A DNA stretch of 32,000 bases from an uncultured Gammaproteobacteria bacterium (GTDB lineage Bacteria; Patescibacteriota; Microgenomatia; Daviesbacterales; UBA10151). How positions within the stretch are numbered: the stretch's first letter is position 1; each line of letters starts with the position of its first letter. Under the pieces are notes generated by a model that saw only the letters and a program-made list of their open reading frames with translations, was not told the DNA's origin and searched no databases. The stretch covers positions 34,102-66,101 of the forward strand of contig CAYHYM010000003.1 in NCBI GenBank assembly GCA_964360965.1. The letters run 5' to 3'. Of this stretch, positions 1 through 7,833 are shown one piece after another. The position numbers were made by a program, and so were the translations under genes.

Positions 1-801
1 CTCCAATTTAGTTAAATCAAAAACTGCTGCTGAGCTGTTAATATCTTTGATCTTAAAAAGTGAAGTCATCTCTTCTAAACTTAATAACTCCTTAGCTTGT
101 GGTGGCATCCATCCTAAAAGTGCCAAAAAGTTAACCAAGGCTTCTGGCAAAAATCCATCTTTTTTAAAATCTAACACCCCAATGCTGCCGTGTCTTTTGG
201 ATAGTTTACTTCTGTCTGTTGCTAAAATATTGGGAAAATGTCCAAATTGGGGTAAAGCCCAGCCAAAGGCTTGATAAAGCATAATGTGCTTGGGGGTTGA
301 TGAAATCCAGTCTTCGCCTCGAAGTACATGAGAGATATCCATTAAATGATCATCCACCACACTGGCCAAATGATAAGTAGGGAAACCATCAGATTTTAAA
401 ATTACAAAATCCTCCTGAATACTATTGTCAAACTCAATTTTCTTATTTCCCACTAAATCTATCCAGGAAGTTTTACCGCTCTTTGGGGTTTTGAAATAGA
501 TAGCTTCATCTTGCTCATAGCTTAAGTCTTTATCCACCAGTTTTTTTGCATGCTCTTTATAAAAAGAGAGTCGTTCAGATTGTAAGATCGGACCTTCATC
601 CCAATTAAGCTTTAACCATTTTAAACTCTCATAAATTGCTTCATAACTTTCCCTGACCTCTCTTTTTTTATCAGTATCTTCAACCCGTAAGATAAACTTA
701 CCATTTTGGCTTTTGGCAAAAAGAAAATCAAACAAAGCAGTTCTAATATTGCCTACATGTGGATTACCGGTTGGTGACGGAGCAAATCTAACCCTGATCA
801 T
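1..801 (-). CDS. gltX: Glutamyl-tRNA synthetase, N-terminal 267 codons (3' end runs off the window start)
   Basis: Absent from the ORF track because it is open at the window edge. The reverse complement from ATG 801-799 reads MIRVRFAPSPTGNPHVGNIRTALF..., a class I HIGH-type motif. Further on it reads ...GEDWISSTPKH... and ...DRSKLSKRHG..., a KMSKS-type motif. The frame is open over the whole 801 nt. Confidence 0.9.
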   Translation of the reverse strand, partial: MIRVRFAPSPTGNPHVGNIRTALFDFLFAKSQNGKFILRVEDTDKKREVRESYEAIYESLKWLKLNWDEGPILQSERLSFYKEHAKKLVDKDLSYEQDEAIYFKTPKSGKTSWIDLVGNKKIEFDNSIQEDFVILKSDGFPTYHLASVVDDHLMDISHVLRGEDWISSTPKHIMLYQAFGWALPQFGHFPNILATDRSKLSKRHGSIGVLDFKKDGFLPEALVNFLALLGWMPPQAKELLSLEEMTSLFKIKDINSSAAVFDLTKLE

Positions 802-844
802 AGTGTCCATATTATATCTTCGATTTCTGTATAATAGAAGGGGT

Positions 845-1834
845 ATGACTCTAACTGCCGTTGCCAGAATAACACGCTGGACACTTTTTTTTATTATCAT
901 ATTTTCCATCCTTTCTTTGGGTGGGTTTGCGGCCTATCGGATATGGTATAACAATTACCTAACATCCCTTCCTTTGGTTGAAGAAAAACCAGATACTAAA
1001 TTTGGAATACTGCCATATCCTGATTTTAAAAAAAGTGATGTTTCTTCCTCCAATTTTTCCTACTCGCTGGATACTGTAACAGGAGGCTTACCAGCTTTTG
1101 AAAAAATTATCAAAGTTTATTTTATTCCCAAATCATATGTCAGCTTTCTTGCCCCGGAAAAAGCTGAAAGTTTGGCCCGGCAATTTGAGTTAGATACACA
1201 ACCTGAAATTTTATCCGAAACCAAATACATATTTAAAAAAAATGACAAGAGTTTAACTTTAGATACTGACAGCGGAAATTTTATTTTTGAGAGGGAAGCA
1301 ACAGCAGCAGCTCGAGCACCTGCGGATGATGAACAAAAGCTGATCCAAGATTTTAAAAATTTACTGGAAAAACAGCAGCTACTTTCGGAAGAGTTAAAAA
1401 AAGGGCCACATAAAATTAAATATCTGGAGGATCAAACAATGGATATTTCTCTTTGGCAGGAAAATATTGAGGATAAACCAATAGCCAACCCCACTTTTAT
1501 CCATTCTTTAGTCAGGGCAAAAGTGCTGGGATCCGCATTGGATATTAAAAATTATTTATCTTTAAATTATACCTGGTGGAAGGTTGATAAAAATACTTTT
1601 GCCACATATCCAATAAAAACAGCTCAGCAAGCATATGAAGATTTAAAATCAGGCAAAGCCTCCATTGTAATAAACCCTTCTCAACCTCAAGTTTCCATCA
1701 CTTCAGTATACCTTGGATATTATCTTAGTGAAAATTACACTCCCTATCTGATGCCAATCTTTATTTTTGAAGGACCTTCCTTTGTGGCATATGTACCAGC
1801 TATTTCCGGACAATTTATTGAGCAGGCCAGATAA
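845..1834 (+). CDS. Hypothetical membrane-anchored protein (329 aa, one N-terminal TM helix)
   Basis: ORF track 713..1834. The listed start is a TTG that overlaps gltX by 89 nt on the other strand. The first ATG is 845 (MTLTAVARITRWTLFFIIIFSILSLGGFAAY...). TATAAT at 830-835 lies 9 nt upstream. I recognise no family. Confidence 0.6.
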   Translation: MTLTAVARITRWTLFFIIIFSILSLGGFAAYRIWYNNYLTSLPLVEEKPDTKFGILPYPDFKKSDVSSSNFSYSLDTVTGGLPAFEKIIKVYFIPKSYVSFLAPEKAESLARQFELDTQPEILSETKYIFKKNDKSLTLDTDSGNFIFEREATAAARAPADDEQKLIQDFKNLLEKQQLLSEELKKGPHKIKYLEDQTMDISLWQENIEDKPIANPTFIHSLVRAKVLGSALDIKNYLSLNYTWWKVDKNTFATYPIKTAQQAYEDLKSGKASIVINPSQPQVSITSVYLGYYLSENYTPYLMPIFIFEGPSFVAYVPAISGQFIEQAR

Positions 1835-2732
1835 AATTATTAAATACCCATTCAATAATCTGTTTAGTTTCCTCAAATCTATCATCTGATCCCAAAAGCA
1901 CTATTAAAACTTGATGTCCCTCTCGCTCCACCAGGGTAACTAAATTCTCTTTTGACTGCGGTGTTGTCCCTGTCTTCACTCCCAAAACTCCTATCACTTC
2001 AGATAAAAGTTTATTTAAATTTTGTAATTTATGTTGATATTTTTTATCCAAAGATAAAACTTCTGTTTCTTTGGTGGCAAAAATTCTTTTCAGCTGAGAA
2101 TCTTTTAAAGCCTCCTGAGTAATTTTGGCAATATCTTCCGCGGTTGAAAAATGATCTGCAGAATCAAAACCTGCCGGATTATCAAAATGGCTATTTTTAA
2201 GGGATAAACTAACCGCTTTTTCATTCATTTTATTTATAAATTCTTTTTCTCCTCCGGCATAATTTTGGGCAATGGTATAGGCAGCATCATTGCCGGAAGG
2301 CAGCAACATTCCGAAAAGTAACGCCCGAAAAGTTAATGATTCCCCTTTTACCAAACCTATCCTTGTTCCGGATATTTGAGTTCCTTGATATATCAGCACC
2401 GAGTTGGGTCTAAAATATTCTACTCCCACCAGCGCTGTCATAATTTTGGTAAGAGAACCAACAGCTAATTTTAAATTTGCATCTTTTTGATAAAGTACCT
2501 CATCTGTTGCCAAGTCTTTAATTAGCATCGCCCGGGCAAAAATATAAGGAGGAGGAATATTTAAACTTACGGGAGGAAGATTGTATTTTTGCACTCCTGC
2601 AATTTGGGCATTATTTTGAGGAATTTGTAAAGATAAAAGTATATCCTCTGTTGAGTCTATTAGTATTGGAATGCTATTTACCACAATGATTGCACATATA
2701 ATAAACACTACGGAATACAGATAATGCTTCAT
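1815..2732 (-). CDS. D-alanyl-D-alanine carboxypeptidase, peptidase S11 / PBP5-like
   Basis: The ordered active-site motifs are SLTK (SxxK), SGN (SxN) and KTG. There is an N-terminal hydrophobic anchor. The ATG overlaps the aspS stop in an ATGA arrangement. Confidence 0.85.
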   Translation of the reverse strand: MKHYLYSVVFIICAIIVVNSIPILIDSTEDILLSLQIPQNNAQIAGVQKYNLPPVSLNIPPPYIFARAMLIKDLATDEVLYQKDANLKLAVGSLTKIMTALVGVEYFRPNSVLIYQGTQISGTRIGLVKGESLTFRALLFGMLLPSGNDAAYTIAQNYAGGEKEFINKMNEKAVSLSLKNSHFDNPAGFDSADHFSTAEDIAKITQEALKDSQLKRIFATKETEVLSLDKKYQHKLQNLNKLLSEVIGVLGVKTGTTPQSKENLVTLVEREGHQVLIVLLGSDDRFEETKQIIEWVFNNFIWPAQ

Positions 2733-4087
2733 TTAGTTAATCTAACATCCACTCTTTCCATATCTCTGGGAAAAAGCGAAGCTTGCCTGATATTAGAAAG
2801 GTTTAAGACGTGCATGGTAATTCTTTCTAAGCCGAAAGAGAAACCTCCTTCTGACGGCATGCCAAATTTAAAAGCCATCAAATACATCTCAAAATCTTTA
2901 GGATCCATCCCATGTGCTTTAATTGATTCCACTAATTGTTTATAGTCATTAATTCTTTGAGAACCACTCATTATTTCAACCCCTCTAAATAGAAGGTCAT
3001 AGCTTAAGGAATAATCCGGATCTTTTGGATCAGGTTTGGTATAAAAAGGTTTTGATTGGGTTGGAAAATGAGTAATGGTCACAAAATCGCAGTGATGTTT
3101 TTCTTTTGCCCATTTGCAGATATCGATCTCATCCTGCGGAGTTAAATCTTTTTCTTTCCTGTTATCCCTTCCAAACTCTTTTAATATAACTTCCTGGGCT
3201 TCCCTAAGTGTCAATCTCGGAATATCTCCGAAAGCTATCTGTTCCATTCCAAGTTCTTTTAAAATATCACCACATCCATTTTCAGTTTGCTTTAATGTCT
3301 CCACTGCAACTTTTTCTAAAAGATCCAAAAGATCTTCAAACTCCACAAAACCTATCTCACAATCCATTTGAGTAATTTCCGATAAATGTCTTGTTGTCAC
3401 AGAAGGTTCTGCTCTATATGCTTTTGTGATTGTAAAAACTCTTTCAAGGGATGGAACCAACATTTGTTTGTAAAGTTGCGGGCTTTGGGTCAAAAAGGCT
3501 TTATGACCATAATAGTCAACTTTAAACACTTGTGCTCCTCCTTCTGTAGATGAGGCGACAATGGTTGGAACAACAATCTCAGTGCAACCAATTTCTTTTG
3601 CAGCCTTTCTGAATCCTTCCAAAATACTCGCTTGAACTCTAAATATTGCTTTAACTTTTGGATGGCGCAAAGTGAGAGAGCGAAAATCCAAAAGGGTTGG
3701 TAGTTGTAAATCCAAATCTTTTCCTCCCATATCAAACGGTAGCTCTTCTGCTTTTGACAAGATTTCCATGGAATCTGCAGATATTTCTATTTCACCTGTG
3801 GGAATATTTTCATTGACCAGATTTTCTGGCCGCTTGTTAACTTTTCCAGTTATACAAACTACATCTTGGGAGTGTAGGCTACCCACCTCGAAGGTGGGCT
3901 CTGACTCCTTCGAGGTAGATTTTGTCTGTTGTGATACTACCACTTGTATTAATCCACTTCTATCTAAGATATCCAAAAATAAAATCTTGCCATGGTCACG
4001 GCGGGTTTGCACCCACCCACAAACCTCAACAGATTCCCCAACTTTTTTACTACAATCTAGAATGAGAGTACGTTCCATAAATGTCAT
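2729..4087 (-). CDS. aspS: Aspartyl-tRNA synthetase, archaeal/type-2 (~450 aa) class IIb
   Basis: Has an N-terminal OB fold. Contains LTQSPQLYKQ and motif 2 AYRAEPSVTTRHLSE. The C-terminus reads GMPSEGGFSFGLERITM...FPRD. SPQLYKQ favours Asp over Asn specificity. Confidence 0.9.
   Translation of the reverse strand: MTFMERTLILDCSKKVGESVEVCGWVQTRRDHGKILFLDILDRSGLIQVVVSQQTKSTSKESEPTFEVGSLHSQDVVCITGKVNKRPENLVNENIPTGEIEISADSMEILSKAEELPFDMGGKDLDLQLPTLLDFRSLTLRHPKVKAIFRVQASILEGFRKAAKEIGCTEIVVPTIVASSTEGGAQVFKVDYYGHKAFLTQSPQLYKQMLVPSLERVFTITKAYRAEPSVTTRHLSEITQMDCEIGFVEFEDLLDLLEKVAVETLKQTENGCGDILKELGMEQIAFGDIPRLTLREAQEVILKEFGRDNRKEKDLTPQDEIDICKWAKEKHHCDFVTITHFPTQSKPFYTKPDPKDPDYSLSYDLLFRGVEIMSGSQRINDYKQLVESIKAHGMDPKDFEMYLMAFKFGMPSEGGFSFGLERITMHVLNLSNIRQASLFPRDMERVDVRLTK
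3884..3917. repeat. Short form (34 nt) of the CACCTCGRAGG-TIR element, in frame inside aspS
   Basis: Sequence is cacctcgaagg-tgggctctgact-ccttcgaggta. The ends are 10/11 reverse complements. The core is 10/12 identical to the copy at 15087-15098. It encodes about TSKESEPTFEV in a loop of the OB domain and is locally GC-rich. Confidence 0.6.
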
Positions 4088-4136
4088 TCTGGCTTAATCC
4101 AGAATCTGATAGCATCATAACAACAGAGGTTGACTC

Positions 4137-4165
4137 TTGACAAGATGGCAAGCCAATGCTAATAT
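4137..4165 (+). promoter_or_regulatory. Sigma70-type promoter (TTGACA-17 nt-TGcTAATAT)
   Basis: Consensus -35 TTGACA at 4137-4142, a 17-nt spacer ending in TGc, and -10 TAATAT at 4160-4165. The ATG at 4176 is only 10 nt downstream. Confidence 0.45.
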
Positions 4166-4175
4166 ACTACAAGAT

Positions 4176-4304
4176 ATGTCAAAAGTTGAAGTTATAGATT
4201 TGAAAAGATTTGTCCTGCCGCAGGCAGTTTCTTTTGAAACAATTTTGCTTGGCCTCCTTTTGGTGCTCATTATGGGCGCCTTTTTGGGAGGTCTTTTTAG
4301 GTAA
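4176..4304 (+). CDS. Small hydrophobic peptide, 42 aa (hypothetical)
   Basis: Below the 60-aa cutoff of the ORF track. Sequence is MSKVEVIDLKRFVLPQAVSFETILLGLLLVLIMGAFLGGLFR, with one C-terminal TM-like helix. It is bracketed by a consensus promoter and an intrinsic terminator. It has no SD. Confidence 0.35.
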   Translation: MSKVEVIDLKRFVLPQAVSFETILLGLLLVLIMGAFLGGLFR

Positions 4305-4331
4305 ATAACACCTAAAAAAGATTGAAATTAG

Positions 4332-4355
4332 ACCTCCCAAATGGGAGGTTTTTTT
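4332..4355 (+). terminator. Rho-independent terminator
   Basis: acctccc-aaat-gggaggt followed by a T7 run. It is preceded by a second perfect 10-bp hairpin, ctttttaggt-aaataac-acctaaaaag, at 4293-4319. Confidence 0.6.
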
Positions 4356-4378
4356 ATGGATGAAAGGAGGTGGACATT

Positions 4379-4633
4379 ATGAATGAACGTGATATAGCTG
4401 AAGGACAAGCAACTCGTGAATGGTATTTTAACAGATTTGGAGTTGATGAAACACAACCAGCTCAATCAACTAAGACTAGTATACCGCCAACTACAGGAAC
4501 GGTAAAGGCAGAACCAGATGAAATGCCTAAGCCAGAAAAGCCTAGGGTGGAAACTGTATATCGAGGAGATCAACCGGTTACAGTATTTAATCCAGGTATA
4601 GATTTTACAAAAGGCGGGAGTATACATTTCTAA
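4379..4633 (+). CDS. Hypothetical protein, 84 aa
   Basis: ORF track 4370..4633 (GTG). ATG 4379 is better placed, 8 nt after the SD AAAGGAGG (4363-4370). Sequence starts MNERDIAEGQATREWYFNRFG... and has a Pro/Thr/Glu-rich middle. I recognise no family. Confidence 0.55.
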   Translation: MNERDIAEGQATREWYFNRFGVDETQPAQSTKTSIPPTTGTVKAEPDEMPKPEKPRVETVYRGDQPVTVFNPGIDFTKGGSIHF

Positions 4634-4740
4634 TAAATAGCATTGTTGTAAAACTTTACAAGCTGTTATAGGAATTAGTCGCTTTATTTCAGATAAACTT
4701 CCAATAAATCATGAGGTTAAATGAAAAATATAGTCACAGT

Positions 4741-6321
4741 TCAAACAATGCGAATATCTTTAACTTTAAGTTGTAATTTTTCATTACCATTGTAGCTATC
4801 TATTTCTGGTGTATAGGCTAAATCAATGGACTGCCCATTAGTTAAGGTATTTGCCAGATCACCCATGCCAAAAGCTATGGCATCTAGACCATCTGCCTTA
4901 AATTTTAAATGCTTCCCTTCCCCCACAGTCCTAATATCTGAAATTTGAACAGCATCTGTGGTAAAAATGGGTCTGGGGTTACCAAAACCAAATGGCTCAA
5001 ATTTTTTTAAATCATCCACCAAATCTTTGGTTAATTTATTAACCTTTATTTCCGCCTCAATTTCCAAAACCTGTTCCACTTCATCAGGTAAAGTTATCAC
5101 CAGTTCCTCTAATCTTTTTTTGAACCCATCAATATTTTTAGTTAAAATAGAAAATCCGGCAGCACGGGGATGTCCTCCCACATCTACTAAAATATCAGCA
5201 TGTTTCCTGATCACCTCCACAATATTAATCCCGTTAATTGATCTTGCAGATCCTTTGGATATCTCTTTCCCTAATGATATGGCAATGGTTGGACGATAAT
5301 ATTCTTGAGTAATCCTTCCGGCAATCAAACCAATAATGCCGGGCGACCAATCCTTACTGCTTAATACATGAATATTATTTTGGGTATCAATTAGTAATTT
5401 TGCTTGCTCTACAGCATCTATAGTCATTTTTTGCCTCTCAGTGTTTGTCTTAGATAGTAGTTTTGCCAACCCCTTGGCTTTTGCTGGGTCTTTAGTGCAT
5501 AAAAGTCTTAAAGAATCTATGGCATGCTCTAACCTTCCCATGGCATTTAATCTTGGACCCAAAATATGACCAATTTCATACGAAGAAATCTCATCTAAAC
5601 TTATTCCAGATTCGTTAATAAGAGCAAGCAGTCCAATATTTGTGGTTCTTTGTAAAACCTTTAAACCTTCAGAAACAAAAGCTCTATTTAATCCAACCAG
5701 CGGCATTAAATCACAAACTGTTGCCATTGCCACAAATTGTAATAATTCATGAGCCAATTCCTTTTTAATAACTTCTCTTACCAGACACCAGGCTACCGCT
5801 GCCCCACACATCTTGGTTGAATAAACAATTGCATATGCATCAGGTTTCTTCTCCAAAGGGATATGATGATCTGTAATAATCAAATCAAGTCCTATTTCTT
5901 TGGCAAACTTTGCTTGAGGTATGGCAACTATGCCGTTGTCTACAGTAATCACAACAGTTGCTCCAGAATCCCTAGCAAATTCCAAACCCAATTTTGATAA
6001 CCCGTATCCTTCTTTTTCTCTATGAGGAATATAGGGTAAGGCTTTTGCCCCCATAGATGTCAGGGCTTTATAAAGTATTGCGCATCCACAGATCCCGTCC
6101 ACATCATAATCTCCGTAAACTATTATTAATTCATTATTTTTTATAGCTTTATTAATTCTTGCCTGCGCTTTCCCAATACCTGAAATATTTAAATCTTTTT
6201 CATAGTCTGAAATTTTGGGGTTAAAAAATTGTTCTTTTTCTTTAGGAGTTTTTATTCCACGGTTGATTAGCAACTGCTCAGTAATATCATCAGACCTTTT
6301 TGGTAATATCTTCCACTTCAT
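4741..6321 (-). CDS. recJ: Single-stranded-DNA-specific exonuclease RecJ
   Basis: Carries the DHH family motifs DYDVDGICG, ITDHH and GGHPRAAG (DHHA1). An SD GAGGTG lies 8 nt upstream of ATG 6321. Confidence 0.9.
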   Translation of the reverse strand: MKWKILPKRSDDITEQLLINRGIKTPKEKEQFFNPKISDYEKDLNISGIGKAQARINKAIKNNELIIVYGDYDVDGICGCAILYKALTSMGAKALPYIPHREKEGYGLSKLGLEFARDSGATVVITVDNGIVAIPQAKFAKEIGLDLIITDHHIPLEKKPDAYAIVYSTKMCGAAVAWCLVREVIKKELAHELLQFVAMATVCDLMPLVGLNRAFVSEGLKVLQRTTNIGLLALINESGISLDEISSYEIGHILGPRLNAMGRLEHAIDSLRLLCTKDPAKAKGLAKLLSKTNTERQKMTIDAVEQAKLLIDTQNNIHVLSSKDWSPGIIGLIAGRITQEYYRPTIAISLGKEISKGSARSINGINIVEVIRKHADILVDVGGHPRAAGFSILTKNIDGFKKRLEELVITLPDEVEQVLEIEAEIKVNKLTKDLVDDLKKFEPFGFGNPRPIFTTDAVQISDIRTVGEGKHLKFKADGLDAIAFGMGDLANTLTNGQSIDLAYTPEIDSYNGNEKLQLKVKDIRIV

Positions 6322-6329
6322 TTGTATTT

Positions 6330-6370
6330 CACCTCGCAGGTGAAGAAAATGCAGTTACACCTGCGAGGTG
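6330..6370. repeat. Perfect 13-bp inverted repeat (CACCTCGCAGGTG-N15-CACCTGCGAGGTG), related to the TIR element family
   Basis: The arms at 6330-6342 and 6358-6370 are exact reverse complements. Each arm is also self-palindromic. It lies in the divergent recJ/cca intergenic region. The left arm supplies the recJ SD. Confidence 0.7.
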
Positions 6371-6384
6371 TATTATATGGCAAA

Positions 6385-6413
6385 TTGTACCATACTATGT
6401 CAGGGTGTAGAAT
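6385..6413 (+). promoter_or_regulatory. Candidate promoter for cca (TTGTAC-17-TAGAAT), ATG 7 nt downstream
   Basis: -35 at 6385-6390 and -10 at 6408-6413. ATG is at 6421. No SD lies between them. Confidence 0.4.
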
Positions 6414-6420
6414 TAAGCTT

Positions 6421-7833
6421 ATGAACTACTCATTACCTAACGAGGTTAAAAATATTTTAGAAAAGTTTAAAAAAGCCAAATTTCAAATTTATATTGTGGG
6501 AGGAGCTGTCCGTGATCTTTTAATGGAAAAAGGGGTTAAAGATTGGGATTTCACCACTGATGCCAAACCGGAGGAGATTATAAAATTATTTCCGGAAGGT
6601 TTTTACGATAACAAATTTGGAACAGTAGGAATTCCTATAGAAGTGGGAAAAGACACTTTGGATGGTGGCAGGCTGAAGCGAAGCGTAATCCATGACTCCT
6701 CCGAGGTGGAAGTATATGAAATCACCACCATGCGAAAGGAAGGAGTATACAAGGATTACAGACACCCAGACAAAGTGGCATGGACAGATAAAATTGAACA
6801 AGATCTAGGCAGACGTGACTTTACTGTTAATGCCATTGCCCTTTCCGTCATCCCGACAAATGTCGGGATCCAATTAACAGATCCATTTAATGGCCAGCAG
6901 GATATGAAGGATAAGATAATCAAAGCCGTGGGTGATCCTGGCAAAAGATTTCAAGAAGATGCTCTTCGTTTAATAAGAGCAATCAGAATTGCCACCCAGT
7001 TAGAATTTGACATAGATGAAAAAACTTATTCTGCCATCAAAAAAAATGCTCATCTTTTAAAAGAAGTTTCCCGGGAAAGAATTCGTGATGAGCTCTTTAA
7101 AATACTTGCATCTGGCAATCCTCACTCCGGTATAGTGAAATTGAGAGAAACAGGCTTACTACAAATAATCTTACCCGAACTTGAAAGATGTTTTGGCATT
7201 GTCCAGGAAGGACCCAAACATGATAGAGTTTATGATATTGGAAACCATTCCCTGCTCACTCTTCAACATACACCGTCTACTGATCCGTTAACCAGATTTG
7301 CAGCACTTTTGCATGATATTGGCAAACCGGACACTGTTAACACTGCTCAAGATGGCAATGTCACTTTTTACCATCATGATGTGATTGGTGGAAAATTGAT
7401 TTTAAAAATTGGGAAAAAGTTTAATTTATCGAAAAAGCAAAAAGATAAATTATACCGCTTAGTGAGATGGCACTTATTTACTGTTGATGAAAATCAAACA
7501 GACTCTGCCATCAGAAGATTTATAAAAAATGTGGGGTTAGATTATATAGAAGATATGATGGCATTACGTATTGGAGACAGATTGGGAGGAGGGACCCAAA
7601 AAGCTGTCTCTTGGAGAATGGAAAAATTCGCTGATCGAATAAAACAAGTCCTTAAAAAACCATTCTCTATTTCTGATCTAAAAGTAAATGGCCATGATGT
7701 AATGGAAGTTTTAAAAATCAAACCAGGCCCCAAGGTTGGTGAAATCCTCCAAAAACTTTTTGAAGAAGTCCTAGAAGATTCATCTAAAAATAATCGGAAT
7801 TATCTTATTGATAGAATGAAGGAACTTGGTTAG
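6421..7833 (+). CDS. cca: CCA-adding tRNA nucleotidyltransferase with HD domain
   Basis: ORF track 6322..7833 (TTG). The homologous N-terminus starts at ATG 6421, MNYSLPNEVKNILEKFKKAKFQIYIVGGAVRDLL. Motifs present are DWDF, RRDFTVNA, EDALRLIRAIR and HD LLHDIGKP. Confidence 0.85.
   Translation: MNYSLPNEVKNILEKFKKAKFQIYIVGGAVRDLLMEKGVKDWDFTTDAKPEEIIKLFPEGFYDNKFGTVGIPIEVGKDTLDGGRLKRSVIHDSSEVEVYEITTMRKEGVYKDYRHPDKVAWTDKIEQDLGRRDFTVNAIALSVIPTNVGIQLTDPFNGQQDMKDKIIKAVGDPGKRFQEDALRLIRAIRIATQLEFDIDEKTYSAIKKNAHLLKEVSRERIRDELFKILASGNPHSGIVKLRETGLLQIILPELERCFGIVQEGPKHDRVYDIGNHSLLTLQHTPSTDPLTRFAALLHDIGKPDTVNTAQDGNVTFYHHDVIGGKLILKIGKKFNLSKKQKDKLYRLVRWHLFTVDENQTDSAIRRFIKNVGLDYIEDMMALRIGDRLGGGTQKAVSWRMEKFADRIKQVLKKPFSISDLKVNGHDVMEVLKIKPGPKVGEILQKLFEEVLEDSSKNNRNYLIDRMKELG
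6654..6708. repeat. Long form (55 nt) of the TIR element, in frame inside cca
   Basis: Sequence is cactttggatgg-tggcaggctgaagcgaagcgtaatccatgact-cctccgaggtg. The right end is exactly the reverse complement of CACCTCGGAGG. The core starts TGG and ends GACT, as in the other copies. It encodes about TLDGGRLKRSVIHDSSEV. Confidence 0.55.
6850..6869. repeat. 9-bp perfect palindromic hairpin (ATCCCGACA-aa-TGTCGGGAT) in frame inside cca
   Basis: A GC-rich island that encodes VIPTNVGI immediately after the conserved RRDFTVNAIAL motif. There is a single copy in this window. Confidence 0.5.

Noticed and set aside
713-844. TTG start at 713 for the 845..1834 ORF, and likewise the TTG/GTG starts at 6322, 4370, 15786 and 18280.
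   Set aside because: They create long overlaps with the neighbouring gene or ignore a well-spaced SD or promoter for a downstream ATG. The homologous N-termini (cca, comM) begin at the downstream ATG.
4088-4136. Possible T-box or other leader upstream of aspS.
   Set aside because: Only about 50-90 nt are available before the divergent promoter. That is far too short for a T-box, and no specifier or T-box sequence is visible. Only a small TCTGG-N6-CCAGA hairpin is present.
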